Assembly: GCA_002269645.1 (NCBI GenBank)
Contig: NIVC01002768.1
Span: 62,001 to 126,000 of the forward strand
Length of the DNA: 64,000 nt
Source of the DNA: Macrostomum lignano
Lineage: Eukaryota
Direction: 5' to 3'
Of this stretch, positions 38,466-48,733 are shown one piece after another. Position 1 is the first letter of the stretch. Every line of letters begins with the position of its first letter. The translations under genes were made by a program, and so were the position numbers. The notes under the pieces are model-generated. The model made no database searches, was not told the DNA's origin, and was given only the letters and a program-made list of their open reading frames with translations.

Positions 38466-39249
38466 CGCAATTTATATTTGTGGTTTTTTTAAATAAAAAA
38501 ACTTTTTTATTCATTCTCAGAGGTCTCACCCCTTGACCTTCTAAATGGATGTACCAGTCAACAGGAGTTGAGTATTATTTGAGAGGGGTCAATGCCCCAT
38601 TCTCAACGCCAGACGCCAGCTGCCCCCCCCCCCTGTTCCGCGAGCCCTGGAAACATCCAGTTTTAGTTAAATGCTAAATGCAATAACAGTGCAGTTGACT
38701 TTCTCAATTCCTGTCTTAGTTTAACCCTGTCTTAGCCCTCCATTCCAGTTGCTGGTTTGGGAATCCATGGGCGCCCGCGCCGTCTGGGCCGAACGTGGTG
38801 TTTCTAAAATTAGGCTTTTATTTACTACTTACATTTAAGTACTTCGTGCGTCACGTGAACGGACTTGTCTCAGGGGTGGGTAAGGGGGCAGTAGACAATG
38901 CTGAAGCCAACGATGTGCTTGCTCTTGTGCAAGAATAATGACCTTGAAATTGGCGTTACAAATTTCAATCAGTAATAGTAAATTTATCCCTATTATTCTT
39001 TACAATTAATTTTAAAGCAAACTAAAAAGATTTTGAGTCTACTTTTGTAAAAAAATAAGGGCGTGATTGTGTGTAACAATAGTGGATCTACTTCATATTA
39101 CTTCAGTAAATCCAGCAATACCATACGAATACAATAGTCTATAAATAGCCAAATAGGAGCGAAATCTCGCTATGCCGCCGGAGCCTAAAGTTTTGCTTTA
39201 TTAAATTCTCAGCATACCGCATCCGTGTAAACTGGCAAAAATTGACACC

Positions 39250-40403
39250 ATGCCAAATCCAATTCAAAATCGACTGCGGCCTCCGCCAAGAACAGTTGGC
39301 CTCAACGAGGCTGACCGCTCGCGCCTTCCCAGCTGTTCGGACTGCCATCTGCCAGCCTTTGGGGCCTTTAAGACGCCGCATGGCTGTCGCTTGTGCGGAT
39401 TCTGCTGGGGTCGATTGGCCTGTTTGGAGAGGCTGCCCTGTCCAGGTAAATCTTAATTCATAAATTATTCATGATCATACTTTAAGTAAATGAGTTAATT
39501 TGGAGATATTAAATAACCGCAATTTACTATGAAATTTAAAATCGCATAGATAGCTAGATAGACGGGATTATTGGGATATCCCGGCCAATGATAATGTAGT
39601 TATTATATCAATGTAAAGATATAATTGCTAGAGAAAGCAGAGAGGAAGGAATTGGAGTAGGAGAGGAAAGATGAGAGAGGAGAGGAGAGAAGAGAGGAGA
39701 GAAGAGAGGAGAAAGGAGAAGGAGTAGAGAACACAAACACCTGTTTCTTCGCTGCTTTCTTCTGCAGTACCCTCTAACAACTTCGCCTGTTCGTTCCGAT
39801 GACCGTCTCTTTGACGCTTTCATTAGGCATCGTGAAACTAAAGTGAATATAAGGATCGTGCTCTAGTAAGCTACCAGTAGGATTTTTGCAATTGGCTATG
39901 TCTGTTTTAATTTTTACTATTCTCCATTGGGTATCGGATAACACGAAACTGACGCAAGTAATCAATCGGGCTGTGGGTATCGTATGGCGTAAGACTGTCG
40001 AGAAAGTCCGTGCCAGATATACATGTAAATAAATACACAGACAATCCAATCAACGTTTATGATAATTTTTAACCTTCCAGGTGCCAGGAAGCACCACGCC
40101 TGTCAAGGCGCTGTCAAACTCTACCAGGACGAGTGCAGCCCCGACCAGGAAGCGAGGCTGCAGCTGAGCTGCGTGTTTGTCGAGTGCTGGAACTCATCTC
40201 GCGGCTGCCTCTACATCATGCCCTACATGAAACTGAGCACTCACGAGGCTCAAGAGTGCCAATTCAAGCTGGTGTCCTGTACCGGCTGTCATCGCAACCT
40301 GCTGCGCCGAGATCTTGGCGATCATCAGCGCAGTGACGAGTGCCGGCAATTTTTGATAGCCAATTTAGGCAACTATGGCGTGGCTAATGATGGCGACAAC
40401 TGA
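39250..40403 (+). CDS. TRAF-like RING + zinc-finger protein, copy 3 (exons 39250-39445, 40081-40403; 172 aa)
   Basis: Same exon structure; intron enlarged to 635 bp by an insertion. Confidence 0.85.
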
Positions 40404-40649
40404 TGCGAGAGAACAGCTTCTGTCTGTCCCTTCGAGGTCTCCTCTGTGGAAAGAACAAAATGACGCAATATGGCGACATTTTTCGTTTTAAAAATTGACT
40501 TGCGTATAACATGCGCTTTTTTCACTACTGAATAGTTTAGTAGTATTTCGCGATAAATATATAGCAAACAAAAACAAAAACCTGTGCTATTGCTTGTAGT
40601 GCAGGTTTTGTTTGACTAATTATTTATTTTTTGTTAAAACTTGTGCCGT

Positions 40650-41345
40650 AAAAAACCGGCCCGGATCAGTTCCGAAGAACCTGCCGCAGTTTTATTTTGT
40701 TGGCTGCCTGAGTTTAGCTACCTGAGACTAGTATAGGACTCAGTGGTCACACCAGCCATGCCCGGCACTTCCTGGAGTGCATCATGCACAATGTCCTCAA
40801 CCATTTTACTGGTTGATTCGACAGTGAGGACCTCACCAGGCGGTCGGGACAGGGCCTGCACAACCACTTGAGTCAGAGAGCGGGTGATCAGGGGCAGCAA
40901 CATGCTCACCACCGACACAAAGTCACTAAGCTGCAGCTGCAACGCTTGGCCGGCATCAGCTGACGCGGCAGTCGCATTGGCATCGGCGCTGGCAGCTGCT
41001 GCTGGCTGACTCGGTCTCGGCCGCAGGAGCGCTCTTGGCATCTTCGGTCACGATGACAAGCGGCCGGATCGCGGCAGGTGCCGGCACTGTGCGTCGGCCT
41101 TGGCGGATCAGCCAGCCGCTGTCGGAGTCGTCGGCGGCGGAGTCGTCGTCGGGCTCACTTGACGCAGGCAGCGCATGGGCGGCACTGGCCTCTGCAGCCG
41201 CTCTGGTCGCCTTGTCGTGCTCCGCCTAAGCGACGGTGCAGGCTCGACTGGGTGGTGCGGTGCGAGCCGCCGCAGTTGACGCAGACCGCCGCCGGGCCCT
41301 CGTGCTGGCACTTCAATTCCAGGAATGCTGGCCGCCGCATAAATA
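40650..41345 (-). pseudogene. Non-LTR retrotransposon ORF1 (gag-like, I/Jockey-type) remnant
   Basis: CVNCGGSHRTT[frameshift]SRAC fits the C-x2-C-x3-H-x6-C knuckle. It interrupts the 3' flank that is contiguous in copy 2 (36410-36500). Confidence 0.6.
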
Positions 41346-41529
41346 TAATCTACTAATACTAAAACTGACGTATTTATATAAATACGAGCTACACAAGATC
41401 ATATACGATCACTGAAACTCACATTTCACTACGAGTCTAGCGTTAATTTGCCTTTCATTTGGTATTAGACTTTCCATTTTAAACTGATCATCTTCGTTAA
41501 GTTTGTCTTATGAAGTTGTAAATAATTCC

Positions 41530-42612
41530 TTTAGATCAGGCAAACTTTTTTACTTCAAAAACCAGATACCAAAAACCAGATACCAGATTACTTCAAAAAC
41601 CTGCAGCCATAACCTTAGCTTATGGCTGCGGGCCAGATTAGAGCAGAAAGGAAAGGAAATAGAGAGGGAGAGAAGTGCAAAGAGATGAGATGAGAGAGAC
41701 GAGGAGAGGAGATGATAAGAGTAGAGTGGAGAGAAGAGAAAGGAGTGGAGATGGGAGAAAAGAGAGAAGAGGGAAGAGAAGAGAAAAGAGAGAAGAGGGA
41801 AGAGAGGAGAGAAGAGAAAAGAGAGAAGGGGGGAGAGAGGAGAGGAGAGAAAAGAGAGAAGAGGGGAGAGAAGAGAAAAGAGAGAAGAGGGGAGAGAGGA
41901 GAGAAGAGAAAAGAGAGAAGAGGGAAGAGAGGAGAGAAGAGAGAAGAGGGGAGAGAGGAGAGGAGAGAAAAAGAGAGAAGAGGGGAGAGAAGAGAAAAGA
42001 GAGAAGAGGGGAGAGAGGAGAGGAGAGAAAAGAGAGAAGAGGGAAGAGAGGAGAGAAGAGAAAAGAGAGAAGAGGTAAGAGAAGAGAGAAGAGAAAAAGA
42101 GAGAAGAGGGGAGAGAAGAGAAAAGAGAGAAGAGGGAAGAGAGGAGAGAAGAGAAAAGAGAGAAGAGGGGAGAGAGGAGAGGAGAGAAAAAGAGAGAAGA
42201 GGGGAGAGAAGAGAAAAGAGAGAAGAGGGGAGAGAGGAGAGGAGAGAAAAAGAGAGAAGAGGGGAGAGAAGAGAAAAGAGAGAAGAGGGGAGAGAGGAGA
42301 GGAGAGAAAAGAGAGAAGAGGGAAGAGAGGAGAGAAGAGAAAAGAGAGACGAGGGAAGAGAGGTGAGAAGAGAAAAGAGAGACGAGGGAAGCTGAGAAGA
42401 GAGAAGAGAAAAAGAGAGAAGAGGGGAGAGAAGAGAAAAGAGCGGAGAGGGGAGAAAGGAGAGAAGAGAAAAGAGAGAAGAGGGGAAAGAGGAGAGAAGA
42501 GGTGAGAGAGGAGAGACGAGAGCTTGAGCGGGCCGGTTGGCTGTTTTGAAGTTTCAAAAAACCCGAGGGGCGTATAGAGACGCTTTGCGGGCCAGATTTT
42601 GCCGACTCTGCC
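41530..42612 (-). mobile_element. hAT-like MITE carrying an expanded GA-rich tract (41655-42520)
   Basis: Right end is reverse-complementary to 33502-33580; degenerate left TIR GATCAGGCAAAC; TSD not found. Confidence 0.55.
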
Positions 42613-43362
42613 CAGATGGTTCGCTCAACTATATTTACGAGTACTTAGCAAAACTAACCTCTGTTTGGTAGTATGCCCCTGGTGCCATGATTATTTTTAC
42701 CTGTCATCTACTTTATTTTTCCTATGCACAGCTAGAATAACTTAGCACTCTAAAACCAATAATCTATTGTCCAAAAACTGTTTTGAGCGTACACCACATA
42801 CGCCTTGGGAGTGTGGCGCAGGTCTATGCAGGAAGTTTCTATAGCAACGCCCGCCCCCCCTCCCGACAGACAGTTCCACGGCTCTCATTGGCACGCCTTT
42901 GTTGCTTAGACCTCTCAGCTGGATTTGATTGAGACTGTATGGAATGCTCTGTACAGAGGGAGACGTGTGACAGTCTAAGTACAATGGGTTAGAACTATGA
43001 CGGTGCCTTACTGCTTTCGAGATTAAACCAGGTTGTCAGATTAACAAAAGAATAGTTGAAACTCACGCTGCTCTCTCAACTGTGACAGTGAGTGCACAAC
43101 CATGATGAAGCATTCCGGTTTGGACCGGTTTTGTCTGTCATTCAAATCGGATGAGCTGTACAGCAATAAACACTGAGAGTACAGTGTATGCCATGTCCAC
43201 ACTGTACACTCAGCCTATGTACATGCGTACTCTTTCATCAACAAGATAAAACAGCTTCGCGAGCGCATAAAAGAACAAGACCACAAAACTGACATCTTCC
43301 AGCTTAATTAAACTCGTACAGCTCTGAGCTAAAAAGTGGGAGAAAACCCTTTGAATACTGAT

Positions 43363-44271
43363 ATGGGAAAAGTGAAAGTGCACGTTGTTTACTGGTAAGC
43401 TCTGGCAAGAGTTCACTGTTTCTTTGTAACTGAATCTAGGGGGGGGGGGCGTAGCCCAGTGGTCTGGCGCGGCGCTCTGATGTGCCAGCGGCCCAGGCTC
43501 GATTCCAAGTGCAGTCACATTAATTTGGGGCTGAATTGGAATCTCGGCTTGGCTCTGCTCGTGCAGTTAACGGCCTCGAGGGCCAACCCCCAAGGCACAG
43601 TGAAGTGTACATGCCTAACGATACATAAAGTTAGGGCCGCTGTACACTCCTGTGTGAGTGTGTGCCTGTGCGTATGACTGCGTACGTATCCGCGCGCTTG
43701 TGTGCCTGCTCAGGGGAGTCGGCGGAATGGGCAGCAATGCCTCTCGCCGGTTGTGCGACAATGTCGCTTGAAGTGCGCCAAGGTTTAAATCACCATAGTG
43801 CTTTCATAAATCCACACCACGCAGATGGTGCTGTTAAAACGCGTTAAACTTATAGAAGCTTTCAGAAATATTCTTAGAAATGAACCATATTAATTTAATC
43901 AACTTTTGGCCAGATTGAATTCGCGCCACATTTGCTGGCAAATTCATAGAAAATAGCTAGCAGTTTGATCATCGAAGATTCCAAGAAACCAACTTCATCT
44001 CAACCCCAAATTGAATTCGCGCCACTGCAGCGGCGCCTGAGGCTACGGCGGCCGGTTCAGGCGGTTCCAGCAGGACCTGCTGGGCCGTCTGGGCGCCGAG
44101 GCCGCCAGCCAGCTCGAGGTGTCCGGCGAGGCCACGAAGACGCAGACGGGCAAATTCGAGGTGACAATCGATGGAGTCGAAGCGTTTTCAAAGCTGCGCC
44201 AGGGCCGCTTCCCGGAGATCAATGACGTCTGGCCGGCGGTTGAGGCCGCCCTGAAGAAGCAGCAGAAATAG
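43363..44271 (+). CDS. SELENOW: Selenoprotein W-like (Rdx family), copy 1; exons 43363-43394 and 44031-44271; Sec UGA at 44038-44040; 90 aa
   Basis: MGKVKVHVVYC/GAUGYGGRFRRFQQDL...GEATKTQTGKFEVTIDG...SKL matches the SelW pattern VRVVYCGAUGY...GFFEV..SK. Canonical TG/gtaagc...ctgcag/C phase-2 intron. SECIS in the 3' UTR. Confidence 0.93.
43439..44020 (+). mobile_element. SINE family A copy inside the SelW copy 1 intron
   Basis: A-box TAGCCCAGTGG, B-box GGCTCGATTCC; similar to 15228-15830. Confidence 0.8.
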
Positions 44272-44404
44272 GAGTAGAACAATTAAATCGCCTGGCTGCG
44301 GCTGAAGTCGCTTCTCTTCTTGAACTGCTTGGCTTAACGAACTTTTTCTATACCTAGTATATATATCTGCACTTTTGCGGGCCCCTCTTCCAAAGTCCCA
44401 TTAG

Positions 44405-44472
44405 ACGGTAACCATGACGACCAGGGCAGTAAAAGCCACTCAGGTGGCTGAGCCCACGGTCCGAAATCGGCG
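44405..44472 (+). promoter_or_regulatory. Type II SECIS element, SelW copy 1
   Basis: AUGAC (44414-44418) / CGAA (44462-44465) quartet; helix GACC-AGGGC with GCCC-GGUC; unpaired AAAA; minihelix GCCAC-UCAG-GUGGC. Confidence 0.9.
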
Positions 44473-44911
44473 GCTCTAAACGGACCGCCACCTCGAGTGG
44501 GAAGTTGGGGAGAGCCCCGAAGGGTCACCTGGAAAACAAGACAACAAAACGTTTTGCCGCTTTTTTAGACTATTTGTAATGGAAAATCTAAAAAACTACT
44601 TTGAAAAAATTAAATCATAAATTGGTCTGGATATCTGCTTTTTATGAAGCACTTGGTCACGTGCAACTATACTATTATTATATACTCGGTGTTGAACCCC
44701 ACTTTTGAGCAATGAGTACTTTAGACCGATATAGTGAAACCAATGCTTTGTTTCGGGGGCGATTATTTCTGCTACTTTTTTGTCTCTAAATGCAGTTTAT
44801 GTTCAATACAGTTTGTCGGAGATACAGACTACAATTCCCAAAGAGGAAGAGTGCATCAATTCGAGGATCAGCTCGATTTGCAGATTCTTTTCGTCATAAA
44901 ACTGACACAGC

Positions 44912-45660
44912 CGGGAGCACGGGAGCACTGGAGCACTGGACAAGCTTGTTGCTGTTGCGGCGAGTGTCGGCCTGGTGGTCAACACGCAGAAGACCGTCGT
45001 GCTCTGCGTGCCGGACGACATCGAGGCTGCGATTTTGTGCCGAGGCGCTGATGGGCAGGCTTCCGCTTTGTCAGCAGTTCGTCTACCTCGGCGGTCTGGT
45101 TCCCGGCGTCCGCGAGGATCTGCGGCGTCGCCGCGGGCTTGCCTGGGCTCCCTTTCGTTCTGTTAGGGCAGTCCTGCAGTCCGAGGCCTTACCTGACCGC
45201 CAGAGGGCGGCGTTGTTTCAGGAGGTGATCGAGACCGGTCCTGCTGTACAACGCCGAGACCTGGACGCTGACGGAGTCGCTCGAGCAACATGTTGACGCG
45301 ACGCCCGCTGGCCTGCTGCGCGCGGCCTTCAAGATCGGCTTCGAGCGAGCGACCAACGCGCCTTTGTATCGCCGCGCCGGCCTGGTCCGTCCAAGCGACC
45401 TGTTGCGGCGTCGGCGACTCCAGCTGGCAGGCCACATCATCCGCGCCGAGTCGTACTGCCCAGAGCCGGTGCAGGAGGTGCTGCTGCTAACGCTGCAGGC
45501 ACCCTACCGGCGGGGGCAGGCCCGCACTCGGCATTTCGTCGATTGCCTACTGGCTGACGCCGGCGCCCCGGACTCGGCCGGCGGCGGGGCGTTCATTCGC
45601 GACCTGGCCTTAGGGCGCGCCCTATGACGCTAACTGCGTATTCTGTTGTTGTTTTTGTTA
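44912..45660 (+). pseudogene. 5'-truncated RTE-like LINE, C-terminal reverse transcriptase, frameshifted
   Basis: GLVVNTQKT, FVYLGG, LYNAETWTL, RRRLQLAGHIIR motifs across frames. Confidence 0.85.
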
Positions 45661-45739
45661 GGAGGACGAGAAATCACGCGCTGGATGAGTGATTGGAAAA
45701 TTCCAGCACTGGACAGCTGGTTGCGCTCGCGGTGAGGAC

Positions 45740-45779
45740 CACAGATACTAAATACTAAATACAGTATTTAGTATCTGTG
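45740..45779. mobile_element. 40-bp fold-back insertion with 17-bp perfect TIRs and 8-bp TSD
   Basis: gtgaggac-CACAGATACTAAATACT-aaatac-AGTATTTAGTATCTGTG-gtgaggac. Confidence 0.8.
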
Positions 45780-45900
45780 GTGAGGACTATAACAATGCGA
45801 GCCTTCACTGCAACAAGAGACAGTTGTCGGGCTTCCTACCGCGTTTTTGACGAAGATTTGAGTTCTTGCGAGCTCTGGATAGAGTTAAGACTTGAGATAG

Positions 45901-45934
<34 letters not shown>

Positions 45935-46114
45935 CTGCACTGTTAGGCATGTACACAGCTATGAGTGTACAGTTTATTGTCCAGCTTCTGCTGCTCTTAC
46001 TCTGGTAAAAAAGCCAATGGGTTGATGAGAAAAGTTTGTCTGCTTAGCAAATTGTTATAATTGTAGAAGACAGCAACAAGTTCATCAACTCAGCAGCAAT
46101 AACGAATTATAGCA

Positions 46115-47301
46115 ATGGGAAAGGTCAGAATTCACGTAGTCTATTGGTGAGTTCTTGTGCACTATACGGTAGTACCAGAAACTGACTCACCGAATGAGTC
46201 AATCTGTTCATTCTTTCTCATGTCGAATTAGTGCCAGTTTCTTAGAAGCTGACCAATCGGGTCATTACAAATCAAATCCCTATCGGGTCGGTTTCTTAGA
46301 AACTGACCGATAGTCTCAATTTAGCTCAAGTAGCAATTGGTGCCGGTTTCTTAGAAACTGACTGATTGTCTCAATTTAGCTCAAGTAGCAATTGGTGCCG
46401 GTTTCTTAGAAACTGACTGATTGTCTCAATTTAGCTCAAGTAGCAATTGGTGCCGGTTTCTTAGAAACTGACTGATTGTCTCAATTTAGCTCAAGTAGCA
46501 ATTGGTACCGGTTTCTTAGAAACTGACTGATTGTCTCAATTTAGCTCCAGTAGCAATTGGTGCCGGTTTCTTAGAAACTGACTGATTGTCTCAATTTAGC
46601 TCAAGTAGCAATTGGTGCCGGTTTCTTAGAAACTGACTGATTGTCTCAATTTAGCTCAAGTTGCAATTGGTTCCGGTTTCTTAGAAACTGACTGATTGTC
46701 TCAATTTAGCTCAAGTAGCAATTGGTTCCGGTTTCTTAGAAACTGACTGATTGTCTCAATTTAGCTCAAGTAGCAATTGGTGCCAGTTTCTTAGAAACCT
46801 ATACTACTGTTCAGCTGATTGTTCAATCAAGCTTAAATGTAACAATATCTGTTTGTGTTTTTATTAGTCAGCCAATCGGGGTCATTCTCGAATGGTTCAA
46901 ATCCGCGCCAGTTTCTTAGAAACCAAGAAATCGGCCCATACTCGCTTTAAGTAGCAATCAGTGTTAGTTCCTTAGAAACTGCATGTAAAACGTTTATTCT
47001 TAACGTCTTACTCTTCCCAATCAACACAATCTGCACCACCTGCAGCGGCGCCTGAGGCTACGGCGGCCGGTACAGGCGGCTAAAGCAGGACCTGTTTGGC
47101 CGCTTTGGCACCGGCGCCGCCAGACATCTTGAGGTGACGGGCGAGGCAACAAAGATGCAGACAGACAAATTCGAGGTGACTGTTGAAAGAGTTGAGACAT
47201 TTTCCAAGCTGCGCGAGGGCCGCTTTCCGGAGATTGATGACATCTGGCCCACGGTGGAGGCGGCTTTGCAGAAGCAGCAACAGCAGCAGCAGCCGACTTA
47301 G
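46115..47301 (+). CDS. SELENOW: Selenoprotein W-like, copy 2; exons 46115-46146 and 47046-47301; Sec UGA at 47053-47055; 95 aa
   Basis: MGKVRIHVVYC/GAUGYGGRYRRLKQDL...; same intron position (TG/gtgagt...ctgcag/C); SECIS downstream. Confidence 0.92.
46285..46800. repeat. 55-bp minisatellite in the SelW copy 2 intron; each unit contains GTTTCTTAGAAAC
   Basis: About 9.5 units plus flanking degenerate copies. Confidence 0.95.
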
Positions 47302-47387
47302 AAATATTGACCATCGGGACTCACTTTTTAACAACTCCCCCCCCCCTAATCTCATTCGGTCTCTCGTCCGAAGTCCCGACCGCCAGA

Positions 47388-47456
47388 CGGTAACCATGAC
47401 GACCGGAGCATTTAAAAGTCGCTCCGGCGGCTGCGCTCACGCGGTCTGAAACCGAA
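47388..47456 (+). promoter_or_regulatory. Type II SECIS element, SelW copy 2
   Basis: AUGAC (47396-47400) / UGAA (47447-47450); helix GACCG-GAGC with GCUC-CGGUC; AAAA; minihelix GUCGC-UCCG-GCGGC. Confidence 0.9.
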
Positions 47457-48079
47457 CGGGGAATTCGGCAAGGAGGCTGAGATGAGAGAGGTATGATTTT
47501 TTTCTATTGTAAAATACACTTATAATTCTCTGCTGATACAGGGATAGACAAAAATTGCTCGTTTAGGAAGTCGCTTTTTCACTGAAAAAAATAAGTCAAT
47601 GCTAGCATGTCTGTATTCTCGTAGTTAGTTCGTTTTTGCAGAGAAACTTTAGGGACTGTGCCGCAAATCAAGAGAGCGACATTCGACCCGCACGCAAGCC
47701 TGTGAGGAGTCAAGCAGTCATGCTCAAAGCACAATGGATGTTATCTACACGCGGGTTTGGCCTCCAAAGTTTCTGGGCCAAGTTTTCGTACAGAAATCTC
47801 AAATTAATGGGGCCGCGCTACGGATTGAATGTAGGTACGAGCTAGTTTGACGAGAGAGTCCTGACAGGCCATTCTGCCCCATGCTAGACACAAAAAACCA
47901 ATGTGATAATTCAACAAAAAATAGGCGAACTCTTTAAAAAAATATTTTCAAACGTTTCGGCCTGAATGGACGATTAGCCATATGTATTCAATATGACGCT
48001 TAAGTACAAAGGTGCAGAGACGGATACAGTGGAGGGTAAGAGTGCAATGCTGATGCAATCGCGCAGAAAATATTGGGGG

Positions 48080-48720
48080 GGGGGCTGGGGCAGACTGGAA
48101 GGGTGAAGTCTGAGAAAATGGGGTGTGGGCTGCACTGGGCAGAGAAAATTGGGGTGTCTGGTGCAGACTGGAAGGGGGAAGTGTGAGGAAATGGGGTGTG
48201 GGCGGCACTGGGCAGAGAAAATTGGGGTGTCTGGTGCAGACTGGAAGGAGGGAGTGTGAGAAAATGGGGTTGTGGGTGACACTGGGGAGAGAAAATTGGG
48301 GGTCGGGGGGCAGACTGGAAGGGAGGGAATGTAAGGAAATGGGGTGTGAGCTGCACTGGGCAGAGAAAATTGGGGTGTCTGGTGCAGACTGGAAGGGGGA
48401 AGTGTGAGGAAATGGGGTGTGGGCGGCACTGGGCAGAGAAAATTGGGGTGTATGGGATAGACTGGAAGGGGGAAGTGTGAGGAAATGGGGTGTGGGCGGC
48501 ACTGGGCAGAGAAAATTGGGGTGTCTGGGATAGACTGGAAGGAGGGAGTGTGAGAAAATGGGGTTGTGGGTGACACTGGGGAGAGAAAATTGGGGGTCGG
48601 GGGGCAGACTGGAAGGGAGGGAGTGTAAGGAAATGGGGTGTGAGCTGCACTGGGCAGAAAAAATTGGGGTGTCTGGTGCAGACTGGAAGGGGGAAGTGTG
48701 AGAAAGTGAAGTGTGGGATA
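48080..48720. repeat. About 73-bp G-rich minisatellite
   Basis: About 8-9 units, directly 3' of the BRAP-like gene A stop. Confidence 0.92.
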
Positions 48721-48733
48721 CACTTTGCGAAGC

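Noticed and set aside
41550-42557. Leu/Ser-rich and Arg/Glu-rich ORFs of 227-335 aa
   Set aside because: GA-rich simple repeat inside a MITE.
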